From: Phycisphaera mikurensis NBRC 102666
GTDB lineage: Bacteria > Planctomycetota > Phycisphaerae > Phycisphaerales > Phycisphaeraceae
Direction: 5' to 3'
Assembly: GCF_000284115.1 (NCBI RefSeq)
Contig: NC_017080.1
Span: 1,530,001 to 1,562,000 of the forward strand
Length of the DNA: 32,000 bases
In this document: in pieces, positions 1 through 6,975 of the stretch
Position numbering within the stretch: the stretch's first letter is position 1
How the letters are laid out: every line of letters starts with the position of its first letter
Position numbers and translations under genes: made by a program
The notes under the pieces: model-generated
Database searches by the model: none
Told to the model about the DNA's origin: nothing
Seen by the model: only the letters and a program-made list of their open reading frames with translations

Positions 1-1
1 C

Positions 2-739
2 CTCTACCGCGAGGGCGCCCTGCCCCGCGCCGCGGCCACCCGCGACCACACGCACCTGGTCGAGGGCTACCAGAAGGGCGAGATCGCGCTGATCCAAACC
101 GGCAGCAACATGCTCGGCCGCATCCGCGACGCCGCGCCCGACGTGTACGGCGAAACCGTCGTGAAGCCCGGCGTCACCGGCCGCCTGCAGCGCTCGCACA
201 TCGCCGCCATGGTGGTCGGCGTGAGCGGCAGAAGCGAACACCCCGAGGAGGCGGCCGCGCTCGCCGCCTTCCTCACGAGCCCCGCCAGCCAGACCGGCCT
301 CTCCAAGCAAAGCGGCGTGCTGCCCTCGACGCCCGCCAGCCTCGACGACCCGTACTTCGCCTTCCCGGAGGGCGCGTCCGATGATCCGGAGGCCCGGCTC
401 ACGGAGGCCCGCGCCACCAGCGCCGCCTCGCTGCGCACCGCCGTGGCGTTCACCCCCGCGATGGAGACCTGGCCCGAGCTGCGCCGCGCCTTCAACGAGG
501 GCATCAAGCGCGCCCTGCTCGGCGGCGAGCCGACCGCCGGCGTCCTCGCCTCCATCGAGGCCGAGTGGAACCGCATCCTCGCCGCCGCCCGCCCCGTCGG
601 CCCCGACGCCCTCCCGCCGGCGTCCCGGGTGCCACGCCCCTTGGGGGGTGGCGTTGGAAGTTCGGTGAGCGTCCCCACCCCCCAAGGGGCGTGGCACCCG
701 GTTCCGGCCGCGGGCCTCGTCCTGCCGGAGGCCGCGTGA
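2..739 (+). CDS. ABC transporter extracellular solute-binding protein (carbohydrate type), 3' part; 5' end lies upstream of the window
   Basis: The frame is open from the window edge (LYREGALP...EGYQKGEIALIQTGSNMLGRIRD...). The C-terminal sequence is SBP-like (...LGGEPTAGVLASIEAEWNRIL). Its TGA overlaps the GTG of the next permease gene (GTGA at 736-739). The last ~45 codons run through a 25-bp inverted repeat. Confidence 0.8.
   Translation, partial: LYREGALPRAAATRDHTHLVEGYQKGEIALIQTGSNMLGRIRDAAPDVYGETVVKPGVTGRLQRSHIAAMVVGVSGRSEHPEEAAALAAFLTSPASQTGLSKQSGVLPSTPASLDDPYFAFPEGASDDPEARLTEARATSAASLRTAVAFTPAMETWPELRRAFNEGIKRALLGGEPTAGVLASIEAEWNRILAAARPVGPDALPPASRVPRPLGGGVGSSVSVPTPQGAWHPVPAAGLVLPEAA
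627..699. repeat. Perfect 25-bp inverted repeat (hairpin) at the SBP/permease junction
   Basis: GGGTGCCACGCCCCTTGGGGGGTGG (627-651) and CCACCCCCCAAGGGGCGTGGCACCC (675-699) are exact reverse complements, separated by a 23-nt loop. The element lies inside the 3' tail of the SBP ORF. Confidence 0.9.
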
Positions 740-1581
740 AGCGAATCACCCCGTGGCTGTTCCTGTTCCCGGCGCTCCTGGTCCTGGGCGTGTTCGTCGT
801 CGCGACCTTCGTGCAGGTCCTCTGGTACTCCTTCACCGACTTCAACGCCTTCAACGACGGCCGCTTCGTGGGCCTCGCCAACTACCGCCGCCTGCTCGCC
901 GACGAGAAGTTCTGGTTCTGCCTCGGCAACAGCTTCCTCTACCTGCTCGTGACGCCGGTGCTGATGGCGCTCGCCCTCGCCGCCGCGCTGCTCGTCCACG
1001 CCGGGCTCCGCGGCCTCTGGGGCCTGCGGGCGTGGCTCTTCCTCCCGGTCGTCACGCCGACGATCGTCGCGGCGATCGCCTGGCGGCTGCTGCTCGACGA
1101 GGACGGCGGGCTCTTCAACCAGGTGCTGGCGTGGCTGGGCTCGGGCCCGGTCTACTGGCTCAGCGAGCGGCCCTGGAGCCTGATGTCGGCGATGATGGTG
1201 ACGGTGTGGAAGGGCTTCGGCTACTTCATGATGGTCTTCCTCGCCGGCCTGGTCGGCATCCCGCGCGAGCTGCACGAGGCCGCCGAGATCGACGGCGCCG
1301 GCCGCTGGTCGTCCTTCCTGCACGTCACGCTCCCGGGCTTGCGTCCGGTGCTGGTGCTGGTCGCGCTGATCTCCTCGATCTCGGCGCTCAAGGTCTTCGA
1401 AGAGCTCTACGTCACCATCAAGGGCGCCCCCGTCAGCCAGCAGACCGCCGTGCCGCTGATCTTCGACACCGCCTTCGAGCAAGGCGACTTCGGCCGGGCC
1501 TGCGCCATCGGCGTCGTGCTCTTCGCGGTCGTTCTCGTGTTCTCGCTGGTGCAGCTGCGGGTGGTCCGGGACCAGGCATGA
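736..1581 (+). CDS. Carbohydrate ABC transporter permease (MalF/UgpA-like)
   Basis: GTG at 736 gives VKRITPWLFLFPALLVLGVF..., a multi-TM protein. It carries the EAA-loop-like LHEAAEIDGAGRWSSFLHVTLPGLRP. Start and stop overlap both neighbours. The part of the track ORF upstream of 736 (565-735) is an Arg/Pro-rich artefact. Confidence 0.85.
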   Translation: MKRITPWLFLFPALLVLGVFVVATFVQVLWYSFTDFNAFNDGRFVGLANYRRLLADEKFWFCLGNSFLYLLVTPVLMALALAAALLVHAGLRGLWGLRAWLFLPVVTPTIVAAIAWRLLLDEDGGLFNQVLAWLGSGPVYWLSERPWSLMSAMMVTVWKGFGYFMMVFLAGLVGIPRELHEAAEIDGAGRWSSFLHVTLPGLRPVLVLVALISSISALKVFEELYVTIKGAPVSQQTAVPLIFDTAFEQGDFGRACAIGVVLFAVVLVFSLVQLRVVRDQA

Positions 1582-2414
1582 GCGGACTCTCCCCCACCGC
1601 CCGCCCGCTGCCGCTGCTGGTCGCCATGTACCTGGGAGCGCTCGCGCTCATGCTGCTGGCGGTGGGGCCGGCGATCTGGCTGGTGGGGGTGGCGCTCTCG
1701 CCGCCGAGCGTGCCGCTGTCGCGGCTGCCCGGGCCGAGCGAGATGACGCTGGGCAACTTCGAGGGCGCTTGGAACGAGGCGCAGCTGGGGCGGGCGCTCG
1801 CCAACTCGGTGATCGTCACCGCCGCGCAGACGCTGCTCAACGTGCTGCTTGCCGCGATGGCCGCCTACCCGCTGGCCCGCATGCGCTTCCGCGGCCGCGG
1901 GCTGGTCTTCGTGCTCGTGCTCGCGACGATCATGGTGCCCGAGCAGGTGATCCTCGTGCCGCTGTTCCGCACCGTCGTCGGCCTGGGCCTCTACGATACG
2001 CTCGCCGCGGTGGTCCTGCCCTTCAGCGTCACCGCCTTCGGCATCTACCTCTGCCGGCAGGCCTTCCTCGCCCTGCCGATGGAGCTCGAGGAAGCCGCCA
2101 CGCTCGACGGCGCCGGCCCGTGGCGCACCTGGTGGAGCGTGATGCTCCCGCTGACCGCTCCCACGCTGGCGACGCTCGCCGTCTTCAGCGTCATCGGCGC
2201 CTGGAGCAACCTGCTCTGGCCGCTGGTCGTGCTGCAGAGCCGCGACACCTTCACCCTGCCGGTCGCGCTCAACCAGCTGCTGGGCGTCTTCGCCACCAAC
2301 CAGCGGTTTGCCTACGCGGGGGCCGTGCTCGCCGTCCTGCCGGTCGTCGCGTTCTACGCCCTCGCCAGCCGCTGGCTGAAGGGCGGGATGCTCGGCGGGG
2401 CAGTGAAGGGCTGA
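1578..2414 (+). CDS. Carbohydrate ABC transporter permease (MalG/UgpE-like)
   Basis: ATG at 1578 overlaps the previous stop (ATGA). The 278-aa product contains LEEAATLDGAGPWRTWWSVMLPLTAPTL (EAA loop) and hydrophobic segments. The track ORF 753-2414 upstream of 1578 is an alternate frame of the preceding gene. Confidence 0.85.
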   Translation: MSGLSPTARPLPLLVAMYLGALALMLLAVGPAIWLVGVALSPPSVPLSRLPGPSEMTLGNFEGAWNEAQLGRALANSVIVTAAQTLLNVLLAAMAAYPLARMRFRGRGLVFVLVLATIMVPEQVILVPLFRTVVGLGLYDTLAAVVLPFSVTAFGIYLCRQAFLALPMELEEAATLDGAGPWRTWWSVMLPLTAPTLATLAVFSVIGAWSNLLWPLVVLQSRDTFTLPVALNQLLGVFATNQRFAYAGAVLAVLPVVAFYALASRWLKGGMLGGAVKG

Positions 2415-2658
2415 AGCGCGTTCCGGAGAACCCTGAGGCGTTTCCGCACGCTCGCCAGGTTTGGAACGCGCAGGACGCGGAGCCGGGATCCGCCGCAGCC
2501 GCGACGCCGCGCGGTGGAGCGTTACCGCACGGCGGCCGGGTTGGTGCCGGTGGCTGCAAGCTCCGCGTGCTCTGCGGCCTCCGCGGTCCTGCCCGGGTGG
2601 ACCCACCAAGAGCCTCCGGCGCCCACGCATGAGGTTCGTCCGGGACGCGTACGGGCCG

Positions 2659-2704
2659 CCGCGGACCGCCGGCGTTCCGGGCCGTTCCGAGCGACGGTCC
2701 GCGG
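2659..2704. repeat. GC-rich hairpin element (family X), probable terminator for the convergent genes
   Basis: CCGCGGACCGCCG (2659-2671) pairs with CGACGGTCCGCGG (2692-2704), with one mismatch in 13 bp. The stem has the same sequence as the perfect 14-bp repeat at 26941-26986. It sits 6 nt after the GH25 stop codon. Confidence 0.6.
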
Positions 2705-2709
2705 GGGGC

Positions 2710-3489
2710 TCAGCCGACGCGGCGGCGTCGCCCGCCGAGCAGCGTGAGACCCGCGGCGGCGAGCAGGGCGGTGGCCGGTTCGGGGACCGGCGCCGAGAAG
2801 CGCAGGGCGTCGAGGTCCGCGAGGGTGCCGTCGAAGACGTTGCTGTCGACGCCGCCGGTGTTGATGCCGGGGAGGTCGCGGCGGTCGGTGTACTGGTGGA
2901 AGAGCCAGCCCTGCGGCCAGCCGCGGATGTCGGTGGGGTTCAGATTCGGGTTGCGGGTGTAGTTGGCGACCCAGAGCTCGGTCTGCAGCACCGACGCGTC
3001 GAGGAAGTCCTCGGCGTAGAACTCGCTCGCGTACACGATCGGCCGCACGCCGGTGCGGCTCTCGACGCGGTCGAGGAAGCGGTCGCTCCACGAGGTCAGG
3101 AACGACCGCCCGGCGCTCTGGAACACCTCCATGTCGAGGACCGGCGGGAGGTAGCCCTCGCCCATCGCGAAACCGGCCGTGTCCACGAAGTAGTCGGCCT
3201 CGTTGAGCGGATCGTTGGATCCGCCGGTGTCGGGGCGGGCGAAGTGGTACACGCCGATGGGCAGGTCGACGCGGTTCGCCTCCGACACGTTGCGGAAGAG
3301 CTTCGCGTCGCGGAACCCGACCCCCTCGGTCGCCTTGAGGAACGCGAAGTCGACGTTGGGCTGAGCCTGCACCGTGTCCCAGTCGACGTCGCCCTGGAAG
3401 TTGGAGACGTCGATGCCCAGGAGCCGCGCGGAGGCGCCCGGGGCCAGGAGCAGCGGGACGGCGAGGATCGGGAGGCGGCGTCGCGTCAT
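2710..3489 (-). CDS. GH25 muramidase (lysozyme) with signal peptide and C-terminal PEP-CTERM sorting domain
   Basis: GH25 motifs are present: GIDVSNFQGDVDWDTV, FAFLKATEG, PPVLDMEVF (D-x-E). The N-terminal signal is MTRRRLPILAVPLLLAPGASA. The C-terminus is VPEPATALLAAAGLTLLGGRRRRVG (PEP, TM helix, Arg cluster). Confidence 0.85.
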   Translation of the reverse strand: MTRRRLPILAVPLLLAPGASARLLGIDVSNFQGDVDWDTVQAQPNVDFAFLKATEGVGFRDAKLFRNVSEANRVDLPIGVYHFARPDTGGSNDPLNEADYFVDTAGFAMGEGYLPPVLDMEVFQSAGRSFLTSWSDRFLDRVESRTGVRPIVYASEFYAEDFLDASVLQTELWVANYTRNPNLNPTDIRGWPQGWLFHQYTDRRDLPGINTGGVDSNVFDGTLADLDALRFSAPVPEPATALLAAAGLTLLGGRRRRVG

Positions 3490-3595
3490 GGGCGGGATGT
3501 CATCGGGAGGAACGGCATCGCGTTTGCGAGGGAGGTGTCAACCCCCGGCTGGCCTGGTCGGCGCAGGCGGGGGTCGCTCCCAGAGCCTGCCGCGG

Positions 3596-4477
3596 TCAGT
3601 TGCGGTCCCAGTCGTTCAGGTCCCGCGAGCTCACCCAGTCGGTGAGCTCGTCCGGGCCCCAGACGAAATCGGGATCCTGCACGCGGACCGCGCTGCCGTG
3701 GCCGTCGGCGTAGCTCACGTTGATGGAGTTGCCGTGGCGTGCGTCCGCGTGCCCGTACGCCGCGGTCGGAGCGGCGGGACCCGGGAACAGGTAGGCGACG
3801 CCGGCCGTTTCGCCCGGCGTGTAACCCAGCGTCGAGCCGAGGTCCGGCGCACCGGTTTCCATCGCGAGGTTCTTCGAGTCCGCGAAGTGGATGGTCTCGG
3901 TCGGGTTCCGGATCATCCCGGCCTCGGGGCTCTTGTTCGCGAGCGAGGGGTCCGAGCCGGCCACCGGCTGCTCCAGCATGGACCCGACGCCCATGAAGTT
4001 CATCCCGTAGTGGCTGCGGAACCAGTCGGGGTGCCCCTTCCAGTTCGCGCTGGGGCCGCCCTTGGTGGGCACGTTGAGGAACTTCGCGTCGGTCGTCTCG
4101 AGTTCCGGGCAGATGAACACCGCCGAACCCGGCATATAATCGTCCGAGACGAGCTTGCTCACCCAGATCCACCGCTCCGAGTTCGGCGTGGGGTTGCCGG
4201 AGTTGGCGCCCGAAAACAGATTCGCGCCCTGGTAGGGCTCGAAGTTGAAGACGTTGCTGAAGGGCAGGTGTCGCTGCTTGTTGTCCGCGAGGAAGGTCTG
4301 CGACGCGATCTCCACCTGCCGGACGTTGCTCAGGCTGGCCAGGCCCCGCGCGGCACCGCGGGCGGCACCCAGCGCCGGCAGGAGGATGCCGATCAGGAGC
4401 GCGATGATGGAGATCACCACGAGCAGCTCGATCAGCGTGAAACCGTGGGCGGGATGGGTGTGCGGGCGGGGGTTCAT
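3596..4477 (-). CDS. Prepilin-type N-terminal cleavage/methylation domain protein, H-X9-DG (DUF1559-like) family
   Basis: The N-terminus [25 protein letters not shown] is a class III signal/pseudopilin motif. Near the C-terminus, [14 protein letters not shown] matches H-x9-DG. This family is typical of Planctomycetota and Verrucomicrobiota. Confidence 0.85.
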   Translation of the reverse strand: MNPRPHTHPAHGFTLIELLVVISIIALLIGILLPALGAARGAARGLASLSNVRQVEIASQTFLADNKQRHLPFSNVFNFEPYQGANLFSGANSGNPTPNSERWIWVSKLVSDDYMPGSAVFICPELETTDAKFLNVPTKGGPSANWKGHPDWFRSHYGMNFMGVGSMLEQPVAGSDPSLANKSPEAGMIRNPTETIHFADSKNLAMETGAPDLGSTLGYTPGETAGVAYLFPGPAAPTAAYGHADARHGNSINVSYADGHGSAVRVQDPDFVWGPDELTDWVSSRDLNDWDRN

Positions 4478-4545
4478 CTGAGCGTGATCGGGCGGCGGTG
4501 GCGGAGGCGGGCTGGAGGCGGGCCCGGGGGCTCCGCCGACGTCTT

Positions 4546-4573
4546 ATTCTAGAAGGCGATCCGACGCACGCAA
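4546..4573 (-). promoter_or_regulatory. Candidate sigma70-type promoter for the H-X9-DG gene
   Basis: The minus strand reads TTGCGT-N16-TAGAAT, about 60-70 nt upstream of the ATG at 4477. It overlaps the palindrome TTCTAGAA (4547-4554) in the least GC-rich part of the divergent intergenic region. Confidence 0.45.
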
Positions 4574-4634
4574 GGGTCTGCGGCGATGTCGATCGGATTT
4601 GCACTCAAGGTAGGCAGTTTTTGAGAGCGGCCCG

Positions 4635-4662
4635 TTGCACTTCGGCGACAGACTGCTAGCAT
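4635..4662 (+). promoter_or_regulatory. Candidate sigma70-type promoter for the PEP-CTERM gene at 4720
   Basis: TTGCAC (4635-4640), a 16-nt spacer, then TAGCAT (4657-4662), 57 nt upstream of the ATG. Two further TTGCAC copies lie nearby. Confidence 0.45.
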
Positions 4663-4719
4663 TCAGGAAGCTTCAGTCGCTGCGACCGTTGCACACGCGC
4701 CACCCCCGAGGACTCGGAC

Positions 4720-5634
4720 ATGAGAAAGATCACCACCCCCGCCGCCGCTCTGCTGCTCGCCGCCGCCCCGGCCGCTCTCGCCGCCCCCGGCGACATCCTG
4801 TTCCAGGACGACTTCGAAAGCGGTTCCATCGCGAGCTACACGGTGGAGGCGCTGAGCACCTTCGACACCGGCGACGCCGCCACGTACGGCTTCGACTACG
4901 GCAGCTTCGGCGTCCCCGGCGTCTCCGGCAACGGGCTGCTGCTGGAGACCGACGACGCGCTGACCGTGTTCGTCAACGGCCTGAGCGTCTCGACGCCGAT
5001 CTCCATCAAGTTCGACGCCATCGCCTCGGCGGTGAGCGGCGGCTCGACGGAGGCCCTGACGGCCGGCGTCGCCAACGCGCTCCTCCCCTTCGACATCGAC
5101 CTCAGCCCGAGCGACCTCAGCGAGTCGGCGGCCTCCAACGGGCTCTTCGTGGGCGCGCTGACCGACTCCGACACGGCGGGCAGCGGCGACTACGGCGTGT
5201 ACGACAGCCTCGGCGGCGCGGTGCCGACGGCCCTGTCCTTCATGGACGCGGCGGGCCTCACGGACACGGGCATCGGCTTCGGCAACGCCGCGGTCCTTCC
5301 CGAGATCCCCGGCCAGTCGTCGGCCGGCGTGCTCGACGGCCGCTCGGCGGAGTTCGAGATCCTGGTCGACGGGGCCCGTCTGCAGTGGTTCATCAACGGC
5401 ACGCTGATCACCGACGTGACCGCCAGCGCCGCGCCCACGGGCACCGTGGGCATCGGCATCTCGGATCCGTTCCCCGGCTTCAACAACGGCACCGTCGGCC
5501 AGGGCACCGGCACCGCCTTCGCGATCGACAACCTGCTGATCACCGAAACCGCCGCCATCCCCGAGCCCACGACGCTGGGTGTCGCCGCCGCGGGCCTCGC
5601 CCTGCTGGCCGGCCGCCGCCGCCGCGTCGCCTGA
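4720..5634 (+). CDS. Secreted PEP-CTERM protein, probably a concanavalin/LamG-like jelly-roll domain
   Basis: Signal peptide MRKITTPAAALLLAAAPAALAAPG. The mature start GDILFQDDFESGS and the end GTAFAIDNLLITE resemble LamG/DUF1080-type folds. The C-terminus is IPEPTTLGVAAAGLALLAGRRRRVA (PEP-CTERM). An intrinsic terminator follows. Confidence 0.8.
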   Translation: MRKITTPAAALLLAAAPAALAAPGDILFQDDFESGSIASYTVEALSTFDTGDAATYGFDYGSFGVPGVSGNGLLLETDDALTVFVNGLSVSTPISIKFDAIASAVSGGSTEALTAGVANALLPFDIDLSPSDLSESAASNGLFVGALTDSDTAGSGDYGVYDSLGGAVPTALSFMDAAGLTDTGIGFGNAAVLPEIPGQSSAGVLDGRSAEFEILVDGARLQWFINGTLITDVTASAAPTGTVGIGISDPFPGFNNGTVGQGTGTAFAIDNLLITETAAIPEPTTLGVAAAGLALLAGRRRRVA

Positions 5635-5660
5635 TCGGCCCGGCGGATTCTGACGGAGAA

Positions 5661-5701
5661 GAAAAAGAGGCCGCGGACTCATCAGGGTCGGCGGCCTTTT
5701 C
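5661..5701. terminator. Intrinsic (potentially bidirectional) terminator
   Basis: The sequence is an A-run (GAAAAAG), the stem arm AGGCCGCGGAC, an 8-nt loop, the stem arm GTCGGCGGCCT, then TTTT. The stem is 11 bp with one mismatch. It lies 27 nt after the stop at 5634. Confidence 0.6.
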
Positions 5702-5715
5702 GCACGGACGTAGGG

Positions 5716-5881
5716 ATGACCCGCCGTGGCAGCCATGAAGGGCGAAGCCTGTGCGGGAGCGGGGCGTGGCCTTCGGCCACCAGGCTGCCACGGCGTGTCA
5801 GCCCTACGGGCGAGGCTCGTGCGCGTGGTGTGGCCTTCGGCCACCGGGCTGCTATGGCGTCTCCGCCCTGCGGGAGCGGGT
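5716..5881. repeat. Tandem GC-rich intergenic repeats (family Y), two ~60-bp units plus a partial unit
   Basis: Unit 5766-5815 is GTGGCCTTCGGCCACCAGGCTGCCACGGCGTGTCAGCCCTACGGGCGAGG. Unit 5831-5880 is GTGGCCTTCGGCCACCGGGCTGCTATGGCGTCTCCGCCCTGCGGGAGCGGG, about 85% identical by eye. Each unit has the mini-hairpin GTGGCC-TTCG-GGCCAC. 5721-5734 (CCGCCGTGGCAGCC) is complementary to 5784-5796. Confidence 0.75.
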
Positions 5882-6921
5882 CACTCGCCGAGGAGCTTCT
5901 CAACCCCCAGCCGGACCCGCTCCCAGTCGAAGGCCGGGCCGGGGTCGACTTTGTCGGGATCGAGGTGCCAGTGGGCGACCAGGCCGGAGAAGTCTTTCCA
6001 GTCCTGCTCGCTGAGCTCCTGCCGATCGGCTTTGCCGTCCGCGCCGCGGGGGTAGTCGTTGGGGAGCTTGGGGAAGAGCTCGGTGAGGGTCGCGGTGAGG
6101 TGGATCAGCGCCGTGTATTGGTCGTCGGTGAGGTCGAACTGGACGAGGTCGCGGTCGTGGATGATCCCGGTGACGGGGCCGTCGCCGGAGGGGCGGTAGA
6201 CGCCCTCGGGGTCGAGGTGGCCCAGCGGGCGGTCGTCGGGGAGGACGATCCGCCAGCCGCGGCCGTCGCGGGCGTACCACTTCTCGAGCACCGAGGTGTC
6301 GTCGGGCGGGTAGGCGCCGATGTTGGCGATCTCGATGCCGATCGAGCGGCTGTTGGCCTGTGCGGCGTGCCAGGCGCGCTCGGCGACGTCGAGGGTCTGG
6401 TAGATCATCCCGTCGGCGTCGAGCATGAACTGCACGGAGAGGCCGCGGTGGTCGTGCAGCACCTCGAAGCAGTACGCGCTGGTGCCGCACACGTCGTAGT
6501 GCATGACGAACTGGTCGACGACGGTGCCCAGCTGCTCCAGCGTCCAGCCGTCGCGGATCGCTTCGCGCTCCTCCTCGGAGAGGTCGTCCCGGAAGCCGAA
6601 GCGGTCGACCCGCTGGTTGTACCGGGCGGCGGGCACGCCCGACTCGGGCGTCCAGCGGGCGTTCTCCGGGCCCTGGAAGCGGAGGTTCACGTCGTAGCCG
6701 TTGTAGCCGCCGTCGTCGAACCAGAGCTTGACGGGCGTGCCGGTGTGGAAGAGGCGGCCCGCGACGACGATCTCGTCGCCGGTGCGGCTGAGCTCGGTGC
6801 CGGGCGCGGCCCGGCCGGGCTGGGCGTGGGCGTGGTCGCGGTGCGCCTCCCCCCCCGCGGCGGGCGCGGCGAGGCAGGCGGCGAGGAGCAGGGCGGCGGG
6901 CGCGTGGGGGGTGGGATGCAT
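5881..6921 (-). CDS. N-acetylmuramoyl-L-alanine amidase (Amidase_2/PGRP fold), secreted
   Basis: ATG at 6921 gives a 346-aa product with signal MHPTPHAPAALLLAACLAAPAAG. Amidase_2-like motifs are FVMHYDVCGTS, ERAWHAAQANSRSIGIEIANIG and LVAHWHLDP. The rest of the 813-aa track ORF is antisense to dacB and rejected. Confidence 0.8.
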   Translation of the reverse strand: MHPTPHAPAALLLAACLAAPAAGGEAHRDHAHAQPGRAAPGTELSRTGDEIVVAGRLFHTGTPVKLWFDDGGYNGYDVNLRFQGPENARWTPESGVPAARYNQRVDRFGFRDDLSEEEREAIRDGWTLEQLGTVVDQFVMHYDVCGTSAYCFEVLHDHRGLSVQFMLDADGMIYQTLDVAERAWHAAQANSRSIGIEIANIGAYPPDDTSVLEKWYARDGRGWRIVLPDDRPLGHLDPEGVYRPSGDGPVTGIIHDRDLVQFDLTDDQYTALIHLTATLTELFPKLPNDYPRGADGKADRQELSEQDWKDFSGLVAHWHLDPDKVDPGPAFDWERVRLGVEKLLGE

Positions 6922-6955
6922 CGCGTTGGGGGGGTGGGGTGGGGAGCCGGCCCCA

Positions 6956-6969
6956 AAATTACATAATCT
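6956..6969. promoter_or_regulatory. AT-rich island with back-to-back -10-like hexamers (bidirectional promoter candidate)
   Basis: AAAATTACATAATCTT is the only AT-rich stretch in the 54-bp gap between the divergent amidase and dacB genes. Plus-strand TAATCT (6964-6969) ends 6 nt before the dacB ATG. Minus-strand TAATTT (6961-6956) lies ~35 nt before the amidase ATG. Confidence 0.45.
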
Positions 6970-6975
6970 TCCCGG

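Noticed and set aside
67-1482. 471-aa minus-strand ORF, and similar long alternate-frame or antisense ORFs elsewhere: 1407-2630, 2461-3645, 3374-4552, 3486-4604, 4635-5738, 4663-5844, 5716-6966, 8277-9671, 9726-11570, 9848-11203, 11065-12129, 11654-12937, 12457-14841, 13070-14815, 14620-16206, 14946-16331, 16435-17706, 19467-20663, 21639-24149, 21953-24127, 24411-26147, 25544-26905, 25996-26898, 27777-29234, 28868-30034, 29358-30446, 29957-31108, 30934-31824
   Set aside because: Their products are Arg/Pro/Gly/Ala-rich and low in complexity, with no recognisable motifs. They lie opposite to, or out of frame with, genes that have clear family signatures. Stop codons are rare in about 70% GC DNA, so such shadows are expected.
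2415-2709. Small gene or sRNA in the 295-bp convergent gap (ORFs 2514-2747 and 2269-2559 in the track)
   Set aside because: No frame has convincing coding bias or motifs. The region is better explained by hairpins (GCGCGTTCC/GGAACGCGC at 2416-2471, and family X at 2659-2704). An sRNA cannot be excluded without expression data.
3536-3541. Perfect -35 consensus TTGACA (minus strand) upstream of the GH25 gene
   Set aside because: No acceptable -10 hexamer lies at 16-18 nt spacing (ATGCCG, GATGCC). It may just be a variant of the CTGACACC repeat motif.
5716-5881. Possible CRISPR array
   Set aside because: There are only two to three imperfect tandem units, with no unique spacers and no cas genes. 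One module recurs inverted at 29776. It fits a REP-like repeat better.
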